From a virus: a stretch of DNA of 10,071 nt. Shown one piece after another: positions 1 through 7,867 of the stretch. The DNA is taken from the UHGV virus genome UHGV-1548554; one strand, 5' to 3'. The notes under the pieces are model-generated. The model made no database searches, was not told where the DNA came from, and saw only the letters and a list, made by a program, of their open reading frames with translations. How positions within the stretch are numbered: the stretch's first letter is position 1; every line of letters begins with the position of its first letter. The position numbers and the translations under genes were made by a program.

Positions 1-1039
1 GTAGGAATTTAAGAACCTGACTGTTAACAAGGGCATTTTGGCGAATGCGCAAATCACGCAATGTCGTATCGCTTCCGGTAAGTTTTGCGAACATGTTCTG
101 TGCGTTACCGAACAAACCTGTCGTTGGTTTTTCTGCTCTGAACTGTTGAGCAAGCGCACTCATAGAATTGGCTGAGTTTGATGATGCTGTGGCATTGTTT
201 ACAGCCGTCTCGATGCCTTTTTCCATGTTTACTGACAGCTTAGGTGCTTCGCTAATCAACTGCTGAGCCTTTTCCTGCGCTTGCTGCATCTTAAACCCGA
301 ACTCTTGCTGATCCAGAGCCAAGCGTTGTGCTGCGATATTGTGCCCAGTCATTGCTGACTGATAGGAAAGGTTTTGCCCTCTCGCCTGAAGTGCTTCACC
401 AGCCTGATTGCTGCGGATTGTCTCTGCCAGTCTGCCTCGGTCAATTTCACGACCAGCCATCTTGTCCTGAACATTGAAGTAATCAATCGGACCAAGAGCA
501 GCCATTCCAAGGTGATCAACAAACTCACCAAATCCTGAAGGGTTCTGCTGATACATCTGAGCAACGTTATTAGGGTCAACACCGACGCGCGCCAGTTCCT
601 TGGCGTTGTTTTGCAGCCATGATTGCATCGCTTCTGGAGACGATGCCGCAAGGCGGGCGCCAGCCGCTAAGGTACCGATGGAATTGCGCTGGTCTTCATC
701 AATGAATCCCATGCCTTTACGAACGGATTCAATCTGGTCTGGATATTGAGTAGCCAACTGACGCAAAGCACCGCGATCACCAGACGCATAAGCATTAGCG
801 TATGCCTGCTGAAATTCTTTCTGCCGCTGAGCCTGCTTTTCCTGCTGAAACACCCCCGCAATACCTGAAAGGCCTTGCAAAGCAGTCAGCCCAACATTGT
901 TAGCGCCTGAACGCTCAATATCATTGTTCTGTCTGATAAGCTGAAGCGTATTGCCGATGTCATTTACGCTCGGAGCGTTTGAGTTGACGCCGCCGATACC
1001 AGCCAACAATCCGCCGTTTGTTCCTTGCCAAGTAGCCAT
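1..1039 (-). CDS. Ejection / DNA-transfer protein (P22 gp20-like), N-terminal 346 codons; 3' end lies beyond the left edge of the window
   Basis: Not in the ORF track because it has no in-window stop. I hand-translated the reverse strand from ATG at 1039..1037 to position 2 and found no stop codon; the protein starts MATWQGTNGGLLAGIGGVNSNAPSVNDIGNTLQLIRQNND. A SD-like AAGGGG sits 6 nt upstream, and the start is 9 nt downstream of the gp7-like stop. Position after gp7 matches P22/Sf6 gene order. The Q/N/A/G-rich composition is typical of these ejection proteins. Confidence 0.75.
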   Translation of the reverse strand, partial: MATWQGTNGGLLAGIGGVNSNAPSVNDIGNTLQLIRQNNDIERSGANNVGLTALQGLSGIAGVFQQEKQAQRQKEFQQAYANAYASGDRGALRQLATQYPDQIESVRKGMGFIDEDQRNSIGTLAAGARLAASSPEAMQSWLQNNAKELARVGVDPNNVAQMYQQNPSGFGEFVDHLGMAALGPIDYFNVQDKMAGREIDRGRLAETIRSNQAGEALQARGQNLSYQSAMTGHNIAAQRLALDQQEFGFKMQQAQEKAQQLISEAPKLSVNMEKGIETAVNNATASSNSANSMSALAQQFRAEKPTTGLFGNAQNMFAKLTGSDTTLRDLRIRQNALVNSQVLKFL

Positions 1040-1048
1040 GATTACCCC

Positions 1049-1741
1049 TTAAAACAACGAGCCAAGCAATCCGATACCAGCACCAATGCCAGCGCCCCAA
1101 GGTGTTGATGTTCCCAAAAGGCTGGCAAGACCTGCACCGGTAATCGCACCAGACGTGCCACCGCTAATTGCAGTCTGAAGACTTGATGGTTTATTGGCAT
1201 TAGCAGCGGCAAGTGCTGCGCTTTGCTGTGCAATGCTGCTCATGTTGTTGGCGTACGTCTGCCCGGCGTTTGCCTGACCTTGCAGCGCACCAAGCCCAAC
1301 GTTTGCCAGATTGTTGTAATTGCTCATCTGATTTGATAACCAAGACTGACCGAGTGTCGGCGCGATCGTAGCCAGTTGATTGCTTGTGGCTGTCGAACCA
1401 AGTCCACCCGTCGCCTCCGCAGCAGCAAGACTCTGGTAACGCGCCTGCCCTGCAAGGTCTTTATACTGCTGAGAGTTGTAATACTGATTAAGTGCCTGCC
1501 CCTGACCTTCTAAACTGGAAAGGTTCTGAAGCTGGTTAACATACTGCTCCGCAAGAGGCGTGAACGGAGCAAGGTTTTTCATGATCGTCTGCCACTGCTG
1601 ATTTTGCAGATCTGCAGCATACTTCTGAGCTTCTGCTGCATACTTTGCGCTTTTATCAGAACTGCCACCTTTCCCGCCTTTTTCAGGGCAATAAGGTTCC
1701 TCGCCGCGCAGTTTTCTGCCCAGCTTAAATGCATATAACAT
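1049..1741 (-). CDS. Ejection protein (P22 gp7-like internal virion protein)
   Basis: 230-aa ORF. The N-terminus MLYAFKLGRKLRGEEPYCPEKGGKGGSS closely matches the P22 gp7 N-terminus as I recall it. ATG start is preceded by GGGAGA 5 nt upstream. It has a Gly/Ala-rich hydrophobic C-terminal tail. Syntenic position between gp14-like and gp20-like genes. Confidence 0.8.
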   Translation of the reverse strand: MLYAFKLGRKLRGEEPYCPEKGGKGGSSDKSAKYAAEAQKYAADLQNQQWQTIMKNLAPFTPLAEQYVNQLQNLSSLEGQGQALNQYYNSQQYKDLAGQARYQSLAAAEATGGLGSTATSNQLATIAPTLGQSWLSNQMSNYNNLANVGLGALQGQANAGQTYANNMSSIAQQSAALAAANANKPSSLQTAISGGTSGAITGAGLASLLGTSTPWGAGIGAGIGLLGSLF

Positions 1742-1743
1742 GG

Positions 1744-2199
1744 CTATCTCCCGTGATTCAGGAAGTCGATTAGTTCTTCGCGTGTGGCGCTGTAAAAAGT
1801 CACGTCATCCACGCCTTTAAAGTATTTCTTGATGGTTCCGACACGCTTAAGGCCAATCATTGCGCAGTAAATCTGCCCGTGGCGGAATTTGCGTGCGGCG
1901 AACGATGTGACGCACTGAACGGTGGTGTTAGTCAGAATGTATCGCCAGAACGCCAGCCCGATTTCCTTGCTGAAGCCGCGAATCTCTGGCAGGTACATGG
2001 CGTGGCAATCGAATGTCAGCGGCTGAATCTCCTGATAGTAAACAATGCCGCCGAACTGCCCGTGCACGTTCACCTCAAAGTAACGGCAATCAGGTTTGTA
2101 GTCGTATCCATCACCGTTGTTGCTCCCGGCGATAATGTCAGGGTGATTTCCTACTGCTTCGATCAGGTCGATGTTTCGCGTTGGTTTGAACTGAATCAT
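1744..2199 (-). CDS. P22 gp14-like protein (ejection-protein assembly / DNA-stabilisation position); function assigned by synteny only
   Basis: 152-aa ORF in the track (1744..2202, starting at GTG). I prefer the ATG at 2199..2197, which overlaps the tail-needle stop as ATGA and suggests translational coupling. Sits between tail needle and gp7-like gene as in P22/Sf6. I do not recognise the sequence itself. Confidence 0.55.
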   Translation of the reverse strand: MIQFKPTRNIDLIEAVGNHPDIIAGSNNGDGYDYKPDCRYFEVNVHGQFGGIVYYQEIQPLTFDCHAMYLPEIRGFSKEIGLAFWRYILTNTTVQCVTSFAARKFRHGQIYCAMIGLKRVGTIKKYFKGVDDVTFYSATREELIDFLNHGR

Positions 2200-3047
2200 C
2201 ACTGCTCCGCAATGATTTTGATGGTTGTGGCAGTAAACGCCGCCCCATTTGACTGAATGGTTAACGTACTGCCATTTGTGGCAAGAAAGCCGTTTTTATC
2301 CACGCTGAAGAACGTAGCTAACAGGATGTTGTCGGTTGTTGTCGCCGAGTTGCGACTGCTTACCAGTGTGTCAGGAACAGAACCGGAAAATGTTAGCTGC
2401 ATTGACCTGTTGGCGGTTCCGCTGGGCCACGTCCCGACAATCGATAGCTTGAAGAACAGGGTTTTGTTCTCGTTGAACACAACCATCTTGTTGTTAACAG
2501 TGTCGAAGAATGGTGCCAACGTGCCGGATGACGGCGTGAGCGTTTTCAGCAGGCTAACAAGGTTGGTCGGCGCTGTCGGGATGGTTACAGATACGCCAGA
2601 GTAAACAACCTCTGACTTCTTGCGCGTGGTTGCATACTCCAGAGCATCAATGCGCGTTTCATGGTCTGAAAGCGTGTTTTGAATGGCGACAACTTCATCA
2701 GTCAGATACTCAATATCGTTTTCTGCTGTCGTTAATCGTGAATCAAGGCCGACTATCGCCGCTTCTGCGTTAGTGATCCTTGTTTCGTGGTCCTGTATCT
2801 TCGCTTCAGCCGATGCCAGTCGAATTTCGTGATCGACCAGAATCACATCCTGCTCATCGTTCCTGACCTGTGCATCATAAGCGCCCTGTCCGGCCTCGTT
2901 GGCCTTGTTAGCCACGTTGCCAACATCAGTACCCTGTGCGATAACGTACAGCAGATATGACTGCGAGAAGATATTGCGTGGAAGGACTGATGTATCGAGC
3001 CGCGTAGCCTGCACAATAACAGGGGTATTGAGATTCGAATCCGCCAT
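2199..3047 (-). CDS. Tail needle protein (P22 gp26 family) with extended C-terminal domain
   Basis: 282-aa ORF. The N-terminal ~60 aa ([43 protein letters not shown]...[11 protein letters not shown]) closely matches the P22 gp26 N-terminal domain as I recall it. It is followed by a heptad-phased segment with three DHE(I/T)R(L/I) motifs at residues 72, 86 and 128, then a ~135-aa S/T/N-rich C-terminal domain. The start ATG overlaps the gp10-like stop (TAATG). Confidence 0.85.
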   Translation of the reverse strand: MADSNLNTPVIVQATRLDTSVLPRNIFSQSYLLYVIAQGTDVGNVANKANEAGQGAYDAQVRNDEQDVILVDHEIRLASAEAKIQDHETRITNAEAAIVGLDSRLTTAENDIEYLTDEVVAIQNTLSDHETRIDALEYATTRKKSEVVYSGVSVTIPTAPTNLVSLLKTLTPSSGTLAPFFDTVNNKMVVFNENKTLFFKLSIVGTWPSGTANRSMQLTFSGSVPDTLVSSRNSATTTDNILLATFFSVDKNGFLATNGSTLTIQSNGAAFTATTIKIIAEQ

Positions 3048-4465
3048 TACTCAATCCTTATCTGGCAGCCAGACAAAGTGACAGGTGACTTCGTGATAAC
3101 GCGCAATTTGAAGCCAATGTTTTTCCTGATGCGCCCTACTTTCTTCCACAAAACGCGTTTGTCGTAAACGAACGGTTCATTCTGCTCAATCATCTGCTCA
3201 CGCCCGTAATTGATGCCGTCAGTGGTTGCAGAGAGGAACAGGCGGTCGGCGTACTGAGCTACGCCAGTGGATGATTCCACCTCCAGATCGAAGCATCTGG
3301 CGTTATCCGCTTTGAACAGTGGAGTAAACAACAGGTGTTCCTGTTGAAGCCCATACTGGCTGCTGATATCGAACTGCAATTTGCCGGTAACCGATTCCAG
3401 CTTATCGCCGCACGTTATCTGATTGCCTTCGTAAATGAAGTCGATAGCGCGGTACACATCGTCATACAAGCCAGTTTTCAACACACACCATTGCGGACCA
3501 TTGGCGCTTGAAGATGCGTCGTACACGAGGACGTGACGCGGAAGATGGATAATCAGCAATTCATGAGCATCAAACCGCAACGATTCCATCACGCCATCAG
3601 CCAGTTCATTAGCAGTGTAGGAACGGAGGATTTTCTCAATGCTCGCGCTGGCGATTGGTGACACCTGCCCGGAGCCGATGATGTATACAGACGGCGCACC
3701 TGTTGCCGGATTGCTGATGAACGCATAGGAATCAGCAAACGGCGTTTTGCAGTAAGTTCCGGCGATGCCTTTTTGCACCATCAGCGATGGCTGCGCGACA
3801 TACAAAGCGGCACCAACAGTGGTTGCACCAGTCAGGGAAAAATATTCAATCGTCGATGAACCAAAGCAGACGATGAAGTCTCGCCATGTTCCGATGCCGA
3901 TGATGCCGTCAGGCTGAGACTCTGCACGATATTGTGCGCTGTATCGGTCAGGGTGCGATTCGTCTTCAAGGTCAGTGATAAACCATGAATCAGTGCCGTC
4001 TTTTGACCACGCATAACGCCCACGTAAGCGCGTAATGTCGCGGACTGAACCTAACTCATACTGCGTGAATCCGCTGTCTGTAGGCCAGTTTGAGACGGTT
4101 TTAACCGTGCCATCATAACGATACTCGACCAGTTGACCATTAACGCCTACCGCCTGTGATGTCCGACCATGCGCCATTGATACGCGACCACTTCCGGCAA
4201 CATCACCGACTTCACTTTCTCCTTTGTACAGTTTGCCACCACACACGCGATAAACAGCACTCTGCGCCATGTTGTACTCGACGCCTCGAGATATACCGTT
4301 CACATCAGAACGTTTGGCAATGCCCGGGAATGAGCGAAGATATCCGCTGCTGTTCAGGATTTCTTTGGGTGTAGCCAGCATATTCACTGGGAGATAGTCG
4401 ATATAGTCGGCGTTTCGAAAGTCTTTGCCGACACCTTTCATAAGCGGAAGTTGCTGAATCGGCAT
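3047..4465 (-). CDS. Tail hub / head-completion protein (P22 gp10 family)
   Basis: 472-aa ORF. The N-terminus [49 protein letters not shown] is near-identical to P22 gp10 as I recall it, and the length matches. SD GGTGA lies 4 nt upstream of the ATG. Position between gp4-like and tail-needle genes. Confidence 0.9.
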   Translation of the reverse strand: MPIQQLPLMKGVGKDFRNADYIDYLPVNMLATPKEILNSSGYLRSFPGIAKRSDVNGISRGVEYNMAQSAVYRVCGGKLYKGESEVGDVAGSGRVSMAHGRTSQAVGVNGQLVEYRYDGTVKTVSNWPTDSGFTQYELGSVRDITRLRGRYAWSKDGTDSWFITDLEDESHPDRYSAQYRAESQPDGIIGIGTWRDFIVCFGSSTIEYFSLTGATTVGAALYVAQPSLMVQKGIAGTYCKTPFADSYAFISNPATGAPSVYIIGSGQVSPIASASIEKILRSYTANELADGVMESLRFDAHELLIIHLPRHVLVYDASSSANGPQWCVLKTGLYDDVYRAIDFIYEGNQITCGDKLESVTGKLQFDISSQYGLQQEHLLFTPLFKADNARCFDLEVESSTGVAQYADRLFLSATTDGINYGREQMIEQNEPFVYDKRVLWKKVGRIRKNIGFKLRVITKSPVTLSGCQIRIE

Positions 4466-4474
4466 TTATTCACC

Positions 4475-4936
4475 TCACGTACTCGGATCATCTTTCTCGA
4501 TGTAAAACCGATTCCACGTAAACGCGCTTTTGTTACCACTACCGCGAGGCATGTCATTTCGCCGCTCAAGTGGTGGTATTTTGGTTAAAGCGATACAGAT
4601 TGTTTGATATGCACTGTCAGCAGCGGTAAGGAGAGCGTCTGACGGCTGAATGACGTTATCCATGCACACTTGCACAGCGAGTTTCAAAGCGACGCCATCA
4701 TTTGCCCATGCAGGGATACCTGAATCATCGTCAGGTAACGGCATGATGCCGTTTTCTGTATCAGCAAACTGATACCCAAGCTCGATACCTTTCGCCTGCC
4801 ATGCTGCCATCATGTCTTCGAGGTCATTAATGGCATCTTCAATTGCCTGAGGGTCAGCATCTGTCAACGTGGCATTGGAATACAGCCCGGCTTTTCGTAA
4901 AGCCTTAAGAACGAGATCACCCTTCGTTTTCGCCAT
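4475..4936 (-). CDS. Head-to-tail adaptor protein (P22 gp4 family)
   Basis: 153-aa ORF starting MAKTKGDLVLKALRKAGLYSNATLTDADPQAIEDAINDLEDMMAAWQ, resembling the P22 gp4 N-terminus as I recall it. ATG at 4936 is preceded by GGAAG. Syntenic with P22 gene 4. Confidence 0.85.
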   Translation of the reverse strand: MAKTKGDLVLKALRKAGLYSNATLTDADPQAIEDAINDLEDMMAAWQAKGIELGYQFADTENGIMPLPDDDSGIPAWANDGVALKLAVQVCMDNVIQPSDALLTAADSAYQTICIALTKIPPLERRNDMPRGSGNKSAFTWNRFYIEKDDPST

Positions 4937-5105
4937 CTTCTTCCGCCTTAGCCACTTTTTGCTTCGTTGCGGTTTCTTCAGGAGTTTTTACCCAGCCTTT
5001 TTTCAGGTGAGATTTAACTTCTTCGTCATCAACAATGATGTAATCGACAGCAAACTGACCACAGGTGATCATGTTGCCCGGCTTATAGAGCATTGTTCGT
5101 GCCAT
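4917..5105 (-). CDS. Small hypothetical protein (62 aa) between coat and adaptor genes
   Basis: The track ORF 4917..5144 begins at a TTG inside the terminator hairpin. The internal ATG at 5105..5103 has a strong SD (GGGAGAAG) 6 nt upstream, immediately after the terminator U-tract, giving MARTMLYKPGNMITCGQFAVDYIIVDDEEVKSHLKKGWVKTPEETATKQKVAKAEEDGENEG. Its 3' end overlaps the gp4-like start by 20 nt. Sf6-type genomes carry a small ORF at this position, to my recollection. Confidence 0.5.
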   Translation of the reverse strand: MARTMLYKPGNMITCGQFAVDYIIVDDEEVKSHLKKGWVKTPEETATKQKVAKAEEDGENEG

Positions 5106-5116
5106 TGTCTTCTCCC

Positions 5117-5140
5117 AATAAAAATGGGGCCGAAGCCCCA
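5117..5140 (-). terminator. Rho-independent terminator immediately downstream of the coat gene
   Basis: On the minus-strand RNA, 6 nt after the coat TAA: U-GGGGC-UUCG-GCCCC-A (GC-rich 5-6 bp stem, UUCG tetraloop; + strand 5125..5140) followed directly by UUUUUAUU (+ strand 5117..5124). Confidence 0.6.
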
Positions 5141-5146
5141 CCAAAA

Positions 5147-6400
5147 TTACTGCCCGGCAATAACGATGCCCGTATATTCAGGAACAAGTACAGAGCAACC
5201 ATACAGAGTGGTGAAACGAGCAGTGGTTACGCCTTTGATGTGGTCGAAGGCGTAAGACATGATCAGCGTAGCGCCCTGCTCGGTGGTTGCTGTCATTACC
5301 TGTGGACCCTGACCAGTCGGGAACGCCAGTTTGCCGTACATCAGCTCAACAGAACCATCAGCCCAGAACAGGTTAGCAGGTGCTGCGTTCTTGTTGAGAA
5401 TGGTGATTGCTGCTGATGCTGCCGGTTTGGCATCGACGTTTGCATATGGACGACTCGCAACATCGGCATTTTCAACAGGGAGAATCTTTGGAGAGATTGT
5501 TACGGTAGTTCCGCTAACAGCCAGAACACGGAATACCTGCGGTTGCCCGGTGGTATCTTTTGTGATCTGGTGTACGGAATTCACACCGGCAATGGTGAAC
5601 GCATCACCAACCTGCAAGCCAGATGCAGATACCGTAATAGTCCCCTGTCGGTTATCAACTGGCATACCATTTGAATCTTTCGCTTCAACCTTGTGTTCAG
5701 GTTGGCCTGATACTGTCAAGGATTCAGCGCTTCCTTTCGGTAATCGACCAGAAATATCGGTCTTGTAGCTATCAAAGGAGGCAACCGGAGGGATCTGCGC
5801 TTTTTCGTATGCTGTCAGGGTTGCGCCCTGAGCGTAGGCACGGTGACCAAGCTCGCCAGCAAGGTCTTTGTAGTTGAAGGGGTTCCAGAAAGAGCGACGG
5901 TTGATACCCTGAGGTACACCAATCGCCGTCATGGTGGCATCAATATCTGCCGCACCATTCCACAAGGCAAGGCCCCGTGAGCCATTTTCTGAGGCAGGAA
6001 TTGCGACCACGTTAGTAGCACGCTGCGTGACCATGGAAATCAGGTCAGAGTCAATCTGTGCAGCAAGGCGCATACCTGCGGCGCGACCAGCTTCAGTTTT
6101 ATGTTCCGGGTCACGCATTTCACGCGCATCCAGAGTGTACAGAATGTTTTTCGGCTCCTTGAACACAGAAGGAACAAGGCGCTGAACCAGTGCTGTTGGC
6201 GTTTTGCTGCTGAGATCGAGGCCTTCCTCAATGTTCATGTGGTAATGCTGCGGACGATACAGAACATCACCTGCTCGCTGCATTGCTGTATCACCGGGAC
6301 GGAATTTTTTAGCGTTACGGGAAACTACGCAGGCGGCCTCAAAGCCTTCAACGTAGTTTTCGAACATGATTTCAAGGTCTTTTGCTAATTGGTTAGCCAT
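5147..6400 (-). CDS. Major capsid (coat) protein, P22 gp5 family
   Basis: 417-aa ORF. Length and several segments (e.g. ...MQRAGDVLY..., ...RPYANVDAKPAASAAITILNKNAAPANLFWADGSVEL...) resemble P22 coat protein (about 430 aa) as I recall it. ATG has GGAG 8 nt upstream. Located just after the scaffold gene and followed by a terminator, typical for a highly expressed capsid gene. Confidence 0.88.
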   Translation of the reverse strand: MANQLAKDLEIMFENYVEGFEAACVVSRNAKKFRPGDTAMQRAGDVLYRPQHYHMNIEEGLDLSSKTPTALVQRLVPSVFKEPKNILYTLDAREMRDPEHKTEAGRAAGMRLAAQIDSDLISMVTQRATNVVAIPASENGSRGLALWNGAADIDATMTAIGVPQGINRRSFWNPFNYKDLAGELGHRAYAQGATLTAYEKAQIPPVASFDSYKTDISGRLPKGSAESLTVSGQPEHKVEAKDSNGMPVDNRQGTITVSASGLQVGDAFTIAGVNSVHQITKDTTGQPQVFRVLAVSGTTVTISPKILPVENADVASRPYANVDAKPAASAAITILNKNAAPANLFWADGSVELMYGKLAFPTGQGPQVMTATTEQGATLIMSYAFDHIKGVTTARFTTLYGCSVLVPEYTGIVIAGQ

Positions 6401-6418
6401 GCTTAATGCTCCGATAGG

Positions 6419-7312
6419 TTATTTTTTTGCCTTTTTAGCGGCGAAATACGGCGTCCAGTCACCAGTTTCCAGCGCCTTGGCTTTCAGTTTGTCGAGGTTA
6501 TTGATTACTGCGCCGTTGCTCCCCTTAACTGTCGGGGTTGTGGCTGCCGTGGTTTTTGCTTTTGGCATGATTCTGGCCTTCGATTCGATACGTTCCAGCA
6601 GACGACCAATTGCTACGGGGTTGGTAGCTTCTGCCAGTTGCTTGCGCAGTTCAGCGTTGCGACCGAGTGCCAGAACAACGATTTCCGGCTTCTCTGACTC
6701 AAACAGGATCGCGTTTTGTGTCTCGATGGGGATTTCCTCGAGTACGGCCTGCTCAGCTTCCTGATAGCCAGGAACTTTGAGAGCCTTAACACGTTGCTGA
6801 TATTTGGATAATCGCTCTTGATAGGCAGCCTGAAGCTCCTGCTCCTTCTGCTTGCGAGCCATCTCCTGTTGCTGGTACTTGCCGTTATCCTCTGCCCACT
6901 TAGCCATGCGTTGCTGGTAGATTTCTTCATCGAAACCGATGTCCTCATCATCCAGTTTTGGCATTCGCGGTGGTTGAGTGATTACCGGCTGCTGCTCGAC
7001 GGGTTTCTGAGACTGACGCATCAGCTCTTTCAGCTCGCGGTCTTTCTCTTTAATCGTCTTGCGCAGGTGTTTTACCAGTCCATGCTCTGCGCCATCTTCG
7101 CTGGTTGGCGAATCCAGCTTTTCGTCACCAAAGTAGAATTCCTGTTCTGATTCGTCGTCATCAGTTTCAGTAGCTTCCTCTGCATCATTGCCGGAGGACT
7201 CGCTGCCATCTTCTGTTTCGACTTCTTCAGCCAGTTCGACATCATCAGGAATCTGCTCTGACGCGTCGGGTTCGATTTCAACTTCTGGTGTGTTTTCTGC
7301 CATCTGGTCCAT
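6419..7312 (-). CDS. Scaffolding protein (P22 gp8-like by position and composition)
   Basis: 297-aa ORF between portal and coat. The N-terminal ~75 aa are about 40% Asp/Glu, the middle is Q/E/K-rich and helical-looking, and the basic C-terminus (...NNLDKLKAKALETGDWTPYFAAKKAKK) resembles the coat-binding C-terminal region of P22 scaffold (KLKAK motif). Its stop is 18 nt before the coat start. Confidence 0.7.
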   Translation of the reverse strand: MDQMAENTPEVEIEPDASEQIPDDVELAEEVETEDGSESSGNDAEEATETDDDESEQEFYFGDEKLDSPTSEDGAEHGLVKHLRKTIKEKDRELKELMRQSQKPVEQQPVITQPPRMPKLDDEDIGFDEEIYQQRMAKWAEDNGKYQQQEMARKQKEQELQAAYQERLSKYQQRVKALKVPGYQEAEQAVLEEIPIETQNAILFESEKPEIVVLALGRNAELRKQLAEATNPVAIGRLLERIESKARIMPKAKTTAATTPTVKGSNGAVINNLDKLKAKALETGDWTPYFAAKKAKK

Positions 7313-7402
7313 TTGTTACCCCTGTTTACTCGATGTTCAGCCCATCGGAAGGCAATAGGGTGCCAGGCCTCATAAAGACAGCCATTGCACGTTATGGGTT
7401 AA

Positions 7403-7867
7403 TTACTGCTGTGGTTGTTGCTGAGTTGATTTTTGCAGGATGCTGCTGATGTCCATGCGCTGCGCATGGCCCTGTGCCTGACTTTTCAGGACAAGCTCTG
7501 CATCAGCACGGGCATTGTCTCCTTGCTGTTGCTGGAACTGTCCGAGCAGTTTCAGAGCCTCGCGGATATCAGATTTTTGCTGGCTATCGGCAGATGCGAG
7601 GATTTTCACAACATTTGCCGCTGCAACCTGAGCATCAGTCTGTGCCTGGAATGCTTTAACCTGAATGGCTGCCTGTTCGTTCTGCGCTTTCTGTAATTCA
7701 GCCTGACCAGCAAGAAGCTGACCTTGCGCTGCAACCATAGCCGGATCTGGCTGACTGGCCTGTTGTTGTTTCGCCTGTTCAACCATCTGCTGTTCTTCAG
7801 GCGTTCTCGGCTTGATAACGCCAGACAGAAGCAACTGATTGCGGTTGTATTCTTTCAGGTCGTCCAT
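7403..7867 (-). CDS. Portal protein, C-terminal helical 'barrel' region, in a different frame from the portal body (frameshift fragment)
   Basis: 154-aa ORF. ...KPRTPEEQQMVEQAKQQQASQPDPAMVAAQGQLLAGQAELQKAQ...NARADAELVLKSQAQGHAQRMDISSILQ matches the C-terminal region of the P22 portal (gp1) as I recall it. Its frame is offset by 1 nt from ORF 7797..9596. Confidence 0.75.
   Translation of the reverse strand: MDDLKEYNRNQLLLSGVIKPRTPEEQQMVEQAKQQQASQPDPAMVAAQGQLLAGQAELQKAQNEQAAIQVKAFQAQTDAQVAAANVVKILASADSQQKSDIREALKLLGQFQQQQGDNARADAELVLKSQAQGHAQRMDISSILQKSTQQQPQQ

Noticed and set aside
2200-2202. GTG start for the gp14-like ORF
   Set aside because: The adjacent ATG at 2199..2197 overlaps the needle stop as ATGA, a classic coupled start. 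The difference is a single codon.
2627-2852. DNA-level tandem repeat in the tail-needle coiled-coil region
   Set aside because: The repetition is at the protein level (heptad-phased DHE(I/T)R(L/I) motifs). The underlying nucleotide sequences differ, so this is coiled-coil periodicity rather than a tandem DNA repeat.
5142-5144. TTG start proposed by the ORF track for the small ORF (75-aa version)
   Set aside because: This start would lie 3 nt from the coat stop and upstream of/inside the terminator hairpin. The ATG at 5105 with a GGGAGAAG SD just after the U-tract is far more plausible.
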